NCBI GenBank assembly: GCA_963829105.1
Contig: CAWHHF010000022.1
Span: 721,685 to 785,684 of the forward strand
DNA: 64,000 bases
Direction: 5' to 3'
From: an uncultured Chloroflexia bacterium
GTDB taxonomy: Bacteria; Chloroflexota; Limnocylindria; Limnocylindrales; CSP1-4
Part shown: piece by piece, positions 53,905-62,678 of the stretch
Numbering within the stretch: the first letter of the stretch is position 1
Layout of the letters: the number at the start of each line of letters is the position of its first letter
Made by a program: the position numbers and the translations under genes
Notes under the pieces: generated by a model
The model's database searches: none
The model's input: the letters and a program-made list of their open reading frames with translations, nothing else
Told to the model about the DNA's origin: nothing

Positions 53905-55578
53905 TCAGGGTCCAGCCGTGGGGAGCGGCCGGACCCCCGTGGCTCCCCGCTCGATCACGATCGCCTGGTCGGCCGCCGCCGGCAGCCACGGCCCGGTCTC
54001 CCCGTCCGGCCACTGCACCCGCACGTCGACCTGCGTCGCGGGTCCGAGTCCGACGTGCATCGGGGCGAGGGTGCCGCTGATGTGCCCGCCGCCCACGGTG
54101 ACCTCGCGCTGGACGACGGTGTCACCGATCCGGACATCCACCCACGACCCGATGGCGTCCCGGTTGCCGCCCGGCTGCTGGAGCGCGATGTCCAGCCAGT
54201 GGCCCATCGCCGCGGGCGCGGTGGCGGTTCCGGCGCCGACGTTGCGCCACACGCGGGTGGGTGCGTCCAGGTACACCTCGACCAGGTCGAGCAGACCGTC
54301 GCGGTTGAAGTCGGCGAGGGCCGCCCCGCGGCCCCGGTCGAACGTCACGATCCCGGCCTGGGCGGCGCCCTCGACGAACGTGCCGTCGGGCTGGCCGAGG
54401 AACAGGTCGCTCGGGTCCCTGGACGCGTAGTCGGGCACGGCGTCGACGTTGCCCTTGGACACGAACAGGTCGACGAAGCCGTCGTTGTTGACGTCCTCGA
54501 ACTCGGGATGCCAGGCGGTGGATGGCAGCGGGTCGCCACCGGTGGCCGGTCGCGTGCCCACGACGCCGCGCTTGATGGCGATGTCGCGGTAGGTCGGCTG
54601 GGCCGGCCCGTTGAGCAGCGTCTGGAGCACGTTCGGTCCCTGGCTCGTGAGGTACACGTCCGGGTAGCCGTCCCCGGTGACGTCGTAGCTCCCGATCCCC
54701 ATCCCCCAGATCTGCAGCGGCACCCATCCGTCGTCGGCGGTGTAGAGGCGCGGCACCTCACCGGCGGCGACCCGCCACAGCTGGTCCTCGCCGACCGCGT
54801 TGTCGTAGTAGTGCCGGTCGTTGGTGACCCGGAGATCTCGACGCCCGGAGCGGTCCCAGTCGCTGAACAGCATCGACAAGGCGCAGTAGCCGGGCGTGAG
54901 GGGGGTCGGCGGTGCGTAACCCGATCCCGAGGCGTTCGGGCGGAAGAGCTCGTTGTCGGGACACGTGTAGGTTGCGTTGCCCGAGGCGTCGAGGCCGACG
55001 TAGTTGCCGAATGCCAGCGTCGGCAGCTTCGCGGCTCCTTCCCAGGTCGCGCTGAACGCCGTGGTCCAGGTCGACGGAGCGGCGAACGACCAGGCATCGT
55101 TCGCCCGCTCGAAGCGGCAGTCGCCCAGGCCCCGCAGGAGGTCCACCCCGCCCACGCGAAGGACGACCAGGTCGACTTGGCCATCGCCGTCGATGTCGAT
55201 CGGGTAGGCACCCATCACGTCGCGCCCGGAGGTGACCGGGTCCACGAGGGGAGCAAACGCGAGGCTCCCGCCGGGGCGGCTCACGTTCCGGTAGAGGGCG
55301 GCCGGGTTGCCGCCTCCGGCGACGAACAGGTCGGGCAGCCCGTTGTCGTCGCAGTCGAGGACGGCGACACCGCCGCCGATCATCGATGTGTCGCTGCCGC
55401 CGTACGTGTGGTCGAGGCCGGACGTGGCGGTCTCGTCGACGAACGTCGGCGCGCCCAGCGCCACGGTGGGCGTGACCCGGCCGCCGCGCAGCACGCCCGG
55501 CAGCAGGGTGATCGCCAGGCCCGCGGCCGCGACGACCACGAGGCCACCGATGATGACGCCGACGCGCCGGCGGGTCAT
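53905..55578 (-). CDS. FG-GAP/VCBS repeat protein with a C-terminal ASPIC/UnbV domain (CRTAC1 family)
   Basis: N-terminal TM. Repeated DxDxDG motifs (DCDDNGLPDLFV, DIDGDGQVDLVV, DVNNDGFVDLFV, DFNRDGLLDLV). UnbV-like NRDAIGSWVDVRIGD..GGGHIS. Confidence 0.8.
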   Translation of the reverse strand: MTRRRVGVIIGGLVVVAAAGLAITLLPGVLRGGRVTPTVALGAPTFVDETATSGLDHTYGGSDTSMIGGGVAVLDCDDNGLPDLFVAGGGNPAALYRNVSRPGGSLAFAPLVDPVTSGRDVMGAYPIDIDGDGQVDLVVLRVGGVDLLRGLGDCRFERANDAWSFAAPSTWTTAFSATWEGAAKLPTLAFGNYVGLDASGNATYTCPDNELFRPNASGSGYAPPTPLTPGYCALSMLFSDWDRSGRRDLRVTNDRHYYDNAVGEDQLWRVAAGEVPRLYTADDGWVPLQIWGMGIGSYDVTGDGYPDVYLTSQGPNVLQTLLNGPAQPTYRDIAIKRGVVGTRPATGGDPLPSTAWHPEFEDVNNDGFVDLFVSKGNVDAVPDYASRDPSDLFLGQPDGTFVEGAAQAGIVTFDRGRGAALADFNRDGLLDLVEVYLDAPTRVWRNVGAGTATAPAAMGHWLDIALQQPGGNRDAIGSWVDVRIGDTVVQREVTVGGGHISGTLAPMHVGLGPATQVDVRVQWPDGETGPWLPAAADQAIVIERGATGVRPLPTAGP

Positions 55579-55633
55579 CGACCCGGCCGCCCGTTCATGA
55601 GCCCGCGGTGCCGTTCATGAGCCGGCCGCCCGT

Positions 55634-57553
55634 TCATGAGCCCGCGGTGCCGGTGTAGTAGCGCTGGGCGAGAGCCCAGGCGGCCTTGCCGCACTCCGAG
55701 CCGAGCCGGCGACCCGTGAAGTCGTCCGCCTCGATGTGGATCCCGCCCCACAGGCGCGACCGGCCGGCCTGGTCCGCCGCGTCGTAGTAGGTCGCCCACC
55801 GGAGCGGGATGTCCGTCGTGGGGCCCTTCTCGAACTTGAGGTGGCCGGCCGGGATCGTGTAACCGCTCTCCCCGCCGGGGAAGTACTCGCTGCCGGTGAA
55901 GCCCGTCAGCACCTCCGCGGCCGCCCGGCTGAACGTGCTGTGGCCGGACGCGTAGGCGGGGAACGACGGCGTGACGAAGGTCGGCGCCTGGTAGGGAACC
56001 CAGTCGGCCGCGAGCTTCCAGACGACCCCGCCGATCTGCGTCTTCGGGTCGGCCGGCGGGCCGGCCCACGACAGGACCGCGATCTCGCCCTCGTGACCGG
56101 CCAGCGCCGCGTGGCGCTGGCCGGCGGCGGTCGTCTCCTTCGTGATGAGCTCCACGAGGCCCGGGACGAGCGGCAGGCCCTCCTTGTCGTACGACGGCTG
56201 CGTGGGGTCGCTCGACTGGCCCTTCTCGCCCATGTACCGGATCATCGAGATCGGCCGGGCGGAGTCGTAGTACCCCTTCAGGCCCCAGGCCGCGATCGCC
56301 GCATCGTGGACGGCCCCGTTGAGCGCGAGGTAGAGCTTGACGTCCCACTCCAGGCGGTCCACCACGGGACCCGTGCCGCCGATCCGGAGGTCGGGCGCGA
56401 GCTGGTCGGAGGCGAGGTTGGCGAGCACGTTCCAGTGCCCGGGCGGGGTCTCGGAGTTGGGCCCGTCTGCCCAGAATTCCGCCATGACCCGGCCGAAGTC
56501 GCCCTGGTTGACAACCTCCGGCGGGTACGGCTGACCCGTCATCGGGTTGACCGGGTGGCCGGTGCCGTTGTTGGTCCCCAGGTCGTTGTTGCCCATCGCA
56601 CCTGGCGAGATGTCGACCGTGGTGGGGATCGTCGGATCCAGCTGGCTGCTGAGCCGGATGAGCTCGACGGCCTGGTCCTTGAACGCCTGGTCGGTCGCCG
56701 GATCAGCCAGCCGGGGCGGAGGCCCGGGATCGATCGGCACGCCCGTCGGACCGCCGGGCGGGAGGGCGAACGTCGCCACATGGCCCCAGTCCGGCCCGAC
56801 GGCCACCTGGACCCCGTTGGTCACCGGGATGCCGTTCTGGGAGATCATGTGCGCGATCTGGAGCGGCTGCCAGCGGTTGGGATCGGTCATGGTCGTGCCC
56901 GGGCTGGCCACGACCAGCGGCGGGTTCACCGGCTTGTAGTCCGTCGAGGCGTACCCGTTCGCCTCGTTCGAGCCATCCTTGAGACCCGCGGCGATGACCG
57001 CCGCGGCGATCCGGTTGCCGAGGGCGGCCGGGGTGTCGCCGACGGTCGTGGTGACATCGAGCGGATAGCACAGGGCGTCCATCACGTTCGCGAACTCGGA
57101 CAGCGACTGGTCTGCCCCGACGCTCTTGATGTAGCGCTCGGTCAGGACGCGGTAGGCCGCGTAGCTGATCGCCTCGTTCCTTGCCGCCTGGACGTCTGAC
57201 GCGCTCTGCTTCTCCTTCACGAAGTAGCCCGTCGCCGACGGGTCGTAGGCCGCCCAGGCATCCCACATCGCGGCGGAGGTGTGGAACAGGTTGCGGGCAT
57301 GGACGGTCGGGGCCGGCAGCGCGCGGCGGATGGCGTCCAGCAGTGCCTCGTCCCAGCGTCGCGCCACCGACCACTCCGGGTGGTCCGCGATGGGCGGGCA
57401 GGACGGCGTGGTCACCCATGGCTTCGCCACGACGAGCCCGATCCCGACCACGGCCACCACGGCCAGGACGAGGACCCCGGCGATCATCGGGCCACGCCGG
57501 ACGCGTGCTCGTCTGGCCGGAGCCCCACCCTGTGCGTCCATCGGGTCCGTCAC
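55634..57553 (-). CDS. PAP2-superfamily protein related to vanadium-dependent haloperoxidases / acid phosphatases
   Basis: GTG 57553 lies 7 nt after AGGAGG. N-terminal TM. Motifs YDSARPI, YASGHSTFS and SRLWGGIHIEADD (KxxxxxxRP / SGH / SRxxxxxHxxxD logic). Confidence 0.7.
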   Translation of the reverse strand: MTDPMDAQGGAPARRARVRRGPMIAGVLVLAVVAVVGIGLVVAKPWVTTPSCPPIADHPEWSVARRWDEALLDAIRRALPAPTVHARNLFHTSAAMWDAWAAYDPSATGYFVKEKQSASDVQAARNEAISYAAYRVLTERYIKSVGADQSLSEFANVMDALCYPLDVTTTVGDTPAALGNRIAAAVIAAGLKDGSNEANGYASTDYKPVNPPLVVASPGTTMTDPNRWQPLQIAHMISQNGIPVTNGVQVAVGPDWGHVATFALPPGGPTGVPIDPGPPPRLADPATDQAFKDQAVELIRLSSQLDPTIPTTVDISPGAMGNNDLGTNNGTGHPVNPMTGQPYPPEVVNQGDFGRVMAEFWADGPNSETPPGHWNVLANLASDQLAPDLRIGGTGPVVDRLEWDVKLYLALNGAVHDAAIAAWGLKGYYDSARPISMIRYMGEKGQSSDPTQPSYDKEGLPLVPGLVELITKETTAAGQRHAALAGHEGEIAVLSWAGPPADPKTQIGGVVWKLAADWVPYQAPTFVTPSFPAYASGHSTFSRAAAEVLTGFTGSEYFPGGESGYTIPAGHLKFEKGPTTDIPLRWATYYDAADQAGRSRLWGGIHIEADDFTGRRLGSECGKAAWALAQRYYTGTAGS

Positions 57554-57766
57554 GGCTCGGCCTCCTCGTACGAAGCGCGGGCGGTCGCGACCCCGGCGGT
57601 GGACATGACTCCCCGGCGCCCCTCGTCCGGCGCCGGCGTGCCGTCGCCTGTCGCCAAGATCGATCCTCCAGCCCGCGCGCCTCCGCGTACCACCCGAAAC
57701 GGTCGGGCCGCGGTGCCCGGCTCGCCTTCGGACTTGACAGGTCCACGCGGTGGGCCCAGTCTGACA

Positions 57767-57795
57767 CAAGTTTGAGAGAAAGGAACACAAACTTG
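57767..57795 (+). promoter_or_regulatory. Perfect inverted repeat CAAGTTTG-N13-CAAACTTG overlapping the RBS and start of the ROK regulator gene; xylO-like operator candidate
   Basis: Read directly. The half-site cores AGTTTG/CAAACT match my recollection of the Bacillus xylO half-sites. An exact TTGACA lies at 57733-57738. Confidence 0.5.
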
Positions 57796-59031
57796 GCGCA
57801 GGCGGGCCGACTCGATCCCGGGTTGCGAAGCGAGACCGTGCGTCGCGCGAACCTGAGCGCGATCGTTCGCGGTCTGCACGAGCATGGCCCGCTGTCGCGA
57901 TCCGACCTGGCGAGCGAGACCGGCCTGACGCGGAGCGCGATCCGGGGCCTGGTCGGCCAGCTGGTGGACAGCGGTCTTGCTTCCGAGGACCGCGCGGTGC
58001 GGCTCGGAACGCCGGGCCGCCCGTCGCTGCTCGTCCGGCTGGATGCAGGTGCGACGACGGCCCTCGCCCTCGACATCGCGGTCGACTCGCTGGCCGCGGC
58101 GATCGTCGGCATCGGCGGCGTGGTGCTGGACCAGGCGCGGATCGACCGGCCACGCGGGCATTCCTCGGTCAACGACGTCGCAGACGATCTCGCCCGGCTC
58201 GCTGCAGGCCTCGGTGACACGGGGTTCGCCGCTCCGACGCTGGTCGGCATCGGGGTGGCGGTCGCCGGCGTGGTCCGCCGTAGCGACGGGCTCGTCGCCT
58301 TGGCTCCCAACCTCGGCTGGACGGACGTGCCGCTCGGGACAAGGCTGTCCGCGGCGCTCGGCGCGGCGGTTCCCATCGCCGTGGGCAACGAGGCCGACCT
58401 GGGTGTCCTCGCCGAGCATCGTCGAGGGGCGGCCATCGGCGAGGACGACGTCCTCTACGTCTCCGGCGAGGTCGGCGTCGGCGGCGGTCTCATCGTGGGT
58501 GGCAAGCCCCTGGACGGGGCTGCCGGTTACGGCGGCGAGATCGGGCACATGCCGGTCAACCCGTCGGGCTCGTCGTGTCGCTGCGGCTCGATCGGGTGCT
58601 GGGAGACCGAGGTCGGCGAGGAGGCGCTCCTGGCCCGTTGCGGACGCCCGCGCGACGCCGGACGGGCCGGCGTCGACGGGATCCTGGGCGATGCGGAGGC
58701 GGGGGTCGAGCCGGTGCTGGCGGCGCTCGATGACGTCGGACACTGGCTGGGCGTCGGGCTTGCCGGTCTGGTCAACATCCTCAACCCCCGGCTGATCGTG
58801 CTCGGCGGCCAGTTCTCGCGCATCTTCCCCTACGTGCGCGAGGCGCTCGAGGCAGAGCTGGGGCGTCGGGCTCTCCGGGCTCCGCGAGCCCTCGTTCGGG
58901 TCGTCCCCGCCTCGCTCGGTGTCGATGCTCCGCTGCTGGGTGCGGCGGAGCTCGCGTTCGAGCCCATTCTCGCTGACCCGGCCGCCTGGTTCGGGCCGCG
59001 TCTCGGCTCGGTGCGGCTGGCAACCGCATGA
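57793..59031 (+). CDS. ROK-family transcriptional regulator (XylR-like)
   Basis: N-terminal wHTH (NLSAIVRGLHEHGPLSRSDLASETGLTRSAIRGLVGQLV). ROK sugar-kinase-like core with Zn motif GHMPVNPSGSSCRCGSIGCWE. The TTG start is uncertain. Confidence 0.85.
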   Translation: MAQAGRLDPGLRSETVRRANLSAIVRGLHEHGPLSRSDLASETGLTRSAIRGLVGQLVDSGLASEDRAVRLGTPGRPSLLVRLDAGATTALALDIAVDSLAAAIVGIGGVVLDQARIDRPRGHSSVNDVADDLARLAAGLGDTGFAAPTLVGIGVAVAGVVRRSDGLVALAPNLGWTDVPLGTRLSAALGAAVPIAVGNEADLGVLAEHRRGAAIGEDDVLYVSGEVGVGGGLIVGGKPLDGAAGYGGEIGHMPVNPSGSSCRCGSIGCWETEVGEEALLARCGRPRDAGRAGVDGILGDAEAGVEPVLAALDDVGHWLGVGLAGLVNILNPRLIVLGGQFSRIFPYVREALEAELGRRALRAPRALVRVVPASLGVDAPLLGAAELAFEPILADPAAWFGPRLGSVRLATA

Positions 59032-59177
59032 GCCATCACGACGAATTCCGTCCTGCCACGTCGTCCGGCGTCACCGGACGTCGCACACATGAAAGGGGCA
59101 TGCCCGCGGATGTAGCCTAGCTCCGGCACTCGGCCGTCCCGGTGACGGCAATCGTCGTCTAGAGGAGGAAGCAGCAC

Positions 59178-60404
59178 ATGGGTATTCGCAGGCTCGCGAC
59201 CCTCGTAGGGGCCGCCGCCATCATCGTGAGTGCCTGCTCCAGTGGCAGCACCGCGACCACAGCGCCGGCGGCCACGACCGCGCCGGCGGCCACGACCGCA
59301 CCGGCGGCGACCATGGCATCCATGGCGCCGTCATCCGCCGCGCCGGCATCCGCTGCCGCCGGCGGCTGCGTCGTCGGTGTGTCCTGGAACAACTTCCAGC
59401 AGCCGCGCTGGGCCGCGCATGACGAGCCCGGGATCAAGAACACCGTCGAGGCCGGCGGTGGCACGTATCTCTCGGCCGACGCCAACCTGAGCAGCGAGCA
59501 GCAGCTCACCGACATCAACACGATGATCTCCAAGGGCGCCAAGGTCCTGATCGTTCTCGCCCAGGACAACAAGGCGATCCTGCCGGCGCTCAAGTCGGCT
59601 GCCGACGCGGGCATCCCGGTCATCGCCTATGACCGCCTGATCGAGGATCCCAGCATCCTCTACATCACGTTCGACAACGTCGGCGTCGGCCAGGCCCAGG
59701 CGGCCGCGATCCTCAACAAGGTTCCGAAGGGCAACTACGTCATCATCAAGGGCGACCCGGGTGATGCGAACGCCTCCACGTTCCTGCCGCAGGGCTTCGA
59801 CAAGGCGGGCCTCGCGGCCAAGGTGGCCTCCGGCGATATCACCATCCTGAACGGGCCCGACGGGACGTTCACCGACGCCTGGAAGACCGAGACGGCCCAG
59901 GCCAACATGGAAGCGATCATCGACAAGGCCAACGCGGACGGCAAGAAGATCGACGCCATCCTGGCGGAGAACGACAGCACCGCGCTCGGCGTCGTCGGCG
60001 CCCTCACGGCCAAGAGCTACGGCTTCCCGCCGCTCAGCGGCCAGGACGGCGATCCGGCCAACCTGAACAACGTCGCCCTGGGCAAGCAGTACGTCGACGT
60101 CTGGAAGAACGCCAACGAGCTGGGCAAGGCGGCAGGCGCCGCGGCGCTCCAGCTGTGCAACGGCTCCAAGGTGGCCGACGTGAAGCTCCCGAGCGGCGCC
60201 ATCGACCCCTCCGTCGCTCCGCTGGCCGGGCTCAGCGCCGTGCCGTTCACGACGCCCGGTGGAACGAGCGTCTCGTCCTTCATCCTGCAGCCGACGCCGC
60301 TCCTGGCGGCCGACCTCCAGAAGGCCATCGACGGCGGGCAGATCACCAAGGCAGACCTGTGCAAGGGCGTCGACCCGGCGACGGCGCCGCCCGCCTGCAA
60401 GTAG
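59178..60404 (+). CDS. xylF: D-xylose-type ABC transporter substrate-binding lipoprotein
   Basis: Lipobox IIVSAC and a TTAPAA x3 linker. Core colinear with E. coli XylF (VLIVLAQDNKAILPALKSAADAGIPVIAYDRLIED..YITFDNVGVGQAQA). ATG follows GAGGAGG. Confidence 0.8.
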   Translation: MGIRRLATLVGAAAIIVSACSSGSTATTAPAATTAPAATTAPAATMASMAPSSAAPASAAAGGCVVGVSWNNFQQPRWAAHDEPGIKNTVEAGGGTYLSADANLSSEQQLTDINTMISKGAKVLIVLAQDNKAILPALKSAADAGIPVIAYDRLIEDPSILYITFDNVGVGQAQAAAILNKVPKGNYVIIKGDPGDANASTFLPQGFDKAGLAAKVASGDITILNGPDGTFTDAWKTETAQANMEAIIDKANADGKKIDAILAENDSTALGVVGALTAKSYGFPPLSGQDGDPANLNNVALGKQYVDVWKNANELGKAAGAAALQLCNGSKVADVKLPSGAIDPSVAPLAGLSAVPFTTPGGTSVSSFILQPTPLLAADLQKAIDGGQITKADLCKGVDPATAPPACK

Positions 60405-60496
60405 CGGTCCCCGACCGCTAGGCTAAGCACCAGGCCCGCGTCCACGGGATCCCCCGTGAACGCGGGCCTGTTCGCATCAGGGCCAGGAGAGACGCC

Positions 60497-61780
60497 GTGA
60501 CCAACCTCGCCGACGCGGCACCGGTACCGAGCCAGGCCGATCCGCCTGCCCGGACCACGATCCGTGGTCTGCTCGCGCAGACGGAGATCGATCCCCGCCT
60601 GTTTGGCATGCTCGTGGCCCTGGGCGTCATCCTGCTCACGTTCCAGATCACGAGCGGGGGCACGTTCATCCGGTCGACCAACATGATCACCCTCGCCGTC
60701 CAGGCGTCGGGCGTGGCGATCATCGCCACCGGCATGGTGCTGGTGATCGTGTCCCGCAACATCGACCTGTCGGTCGGGTCGCTGGTCGGCCTCGTCGCCA
60801 TGACGTATGCCCTGCTGATGACCGACTGGATGCCCCACCTGCTCGGCATGGGCGACGACTTCCCGTTTCGCTGGGCCATCGCGCTGGGACTCGGGATAGG
60901 CCTCGGGGCCCTGGTCGGAGCGCTCCAGGGCTTCATCATCGCCTACGTCGGCGTGCCATCATTCATCGTCACCCTCGGCGGCCTGCTCACGATCCGCGGG
61001 ATCGTCTGGTACCTCTCGAGCGGCGCCGCCGTGTCGGGCCTGGACCCCACCTTCCAGCTGATCGGCGGGGGGGCCAAGGGCTCGATCGGGGGCACCTTGA
61101 CCTGGGTGCTGGGCATCGTGGGGTGCCTCGCGGTCATCGCGCTGCTCTACAACGGCCGCCGGCAACGCCGGCGGTTCGGGTTCCCGCTCCGGCCGATGTG
61201 GGCCGAGGTCCTCATCGGCGTCGTCGGCTGCGTGGCCATCCTGGGCCTGTCCGCGTTCGCCAATTCCAACCTCTGGCCCAAGAGCCTCACGGGTGGCCTG
61301 GACGTCCCCACCGGGTACCCCTTCCCGATCATCCTGCTGCTCGGCGTGACCCTGGTGATGACCTGGATGGCCACCCGGCGCCGGTTCGGTCGGTATGTCT
61401 ACGCGTACGGCGGCAACCCGGACGCCGCCGAGCTGGCCGGCATCAACACCCGCTTCACGATCCTCAAGACCTACGTCGTGATGGGCGTGCTGTGTGCCCT
61501 CGCCGCCGCCATCGCGGCATCACGGCTCAACGGGTCCACGCTCGACGTCGGCCAGAGCTACGAGCTGTACGTCATCGCGGCCGCGGTCGTGGGCGGGACC
61601 TCGTTCGCGGGTGGCATCGGCACGATTCCGGGCGCCGTCCTGGGTGGCTTCTTCATGCAGTCGCTCGCCTACGGGCTGAGCTACATGGGCGTCAACTCGC
61701 CGGGTCAGAACGTCGTGGCCGGCATCGTGCTGATCCTCGCAGTCGGCTTCGACACCATGAACCGCCGACGCGGTTCCTGA
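60497..61780 (+). CDS. xylH: Sugar (xylose-type, CUT2) ABC transporter permease
   Basis: Polytopic. NIDLSVGS, YVYAYGGNPDAAELAGIN and GGTSFAGGIGTIPGAVLG are typical of the XylH/RbsC family. Confidence 0.8.
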   Translation: MTNLADAAPVPSQADPPARTTIRGLLAQTEIDPRLFGMLVALGVILLTFQITSGGTFIRSTNMITLAVQASGVAIIATGMVLVIVSRNIDLSVGSLVGLVAMTYALLMTDWMPHLLGMGDDFPFRWAIALGLGIGLGALVGALQGFIIAYVGVPSFIVTLGGLLTIRGIVWYLSSGAAVSGLDPTFQLIGGGAKGSIGGTLTWVLGIVGCLAVIALLYNGRRQRRRFGFPLRPMWAEVLIGVVGCVAILGLSAFANSNLWPKSLTGGLDVPTGYPFPIILLLGVTLVMTWMATRRRFGRYVYAYGGNPDAAELAGINTRFTILKTYVVMGVLCALAAAIAASRLNGSTLDVGQSYELYVIAAAVVGGTSFAGGIGTIPGAVLGGFFMQSLAYGLSYMGVNSPGQNVVAGIVLILAVGFDTMNRRRGS

Positions 61781-61800
61781 GCGGCAAGGAGGTCTGACCC

Positions 61801-62595
61801 GTGACCGTCGTGGAGCGGACGCCGCTCGTCGAGATGCGCAACATCAACGTCGCCTTCGGCGGTGTGCACGCCGTGCGCGACGTGACCATCGACCTCAACG
61901 CCGGCGAGGTCCTCGGCCTGGTGGGCGGCAACGGTGCCGGCAAGTCCACGCTGATGCGCGTCCTCTCCGGCGCACACCAGGCCGATTCTGGGGAGATGCT
62001 GATCAACGGCGAGCCCGTCAGCATCACCAACCCGCGCGACGCCAAGGCCTACAACATCGAGACGATCTACCAGACGCTGGCCCTCGCCGACAACATCGAC
62101 GCGACGGCCAACCTGTTCCTGGGTCGCGAGCTGACGACGCGGATGGGGTCGCTGGACGACTCCAGCATGGAGGCGGAGACTCGCAAGGTCATGGGCCGCC
62201 TGAACCCCAACTTCACCCGCTTCAAGATGCCCGTGAAGTCGCTGTCCGGGGGCCAGCGGCAGGCGGTCGCCATCGCCCGGGCCGTCCATTTCAACGCACG
62301 GATCATGATCATGGACGAGCCGACGGCCGCCCTCGGCCCGGCCGAGACGGCGCAGGTCCGCAACCTCATCCGGCAGCTGAAGAGCGAGGGCATCGGCATC
62401 TTCCTCATCAGCCACGACATCCACGACGTGTTCGACCTGTCCGACCGGATCAGCGTCATGTACCACGGGCAGATCGTCGATACCGTCGAAAAGGAGGCCG
62501 TCACGGCCGACGACGTGCTCGGCATGATCATCCTGGGCAAGAAGCCCGACGAGGTCACGGAGAAGGACAAGGCCGCCCTCGACCTGCGCAGCTAG
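61801..62595 (+). CDS. Sugar ABC transporter ATP-binding protein (single cassette, 264 aa)
   Basis: Walker [10 protein letters not shown], signature [14 protein letters not shown], Walker [13 protein letters not shown]. Confidence 0.85.
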   Translation: MTVVERTPLVEMRNINVAFGGVHAVRDVTIDLNAGEVLGLVGGNGAGKSTLMRVLSGAHQADSGEMLINGEPVSITNPRDAKAYNIETIYQTLALADNIDATANLFLGRELTTRMGSLDDSSMEAETRKVMGRLNPNFTRFKMPVKSLSGGQRQAVAIARAVHFNARIMIMDEPTAALGPAETAQVRNLIRQLKSEGIGIFLISHDIHDVFDLSDRISVMYHGQIVDTVEKEAVTADDVLGMIILGKKPDEVTEKDKAALDLRS

Positions 62596-62632
62596 CGGCG
62601 GCCGCAACCAGCGGCGGCGCCGCGGCCGCCGC
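62595..62632. terminator. 11-bp perfect inverted repeat (gcggcggccgc-N16-gcggccgccgc) between convergent genes
   Basis: Read directly. No U-tract. Confidence 0.35.
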
Positions 62633-62678
62633 CTGGGGCCGCCGGGCCGCCCTGGGGCCGAGTCGCGGCTCGCCGTGG

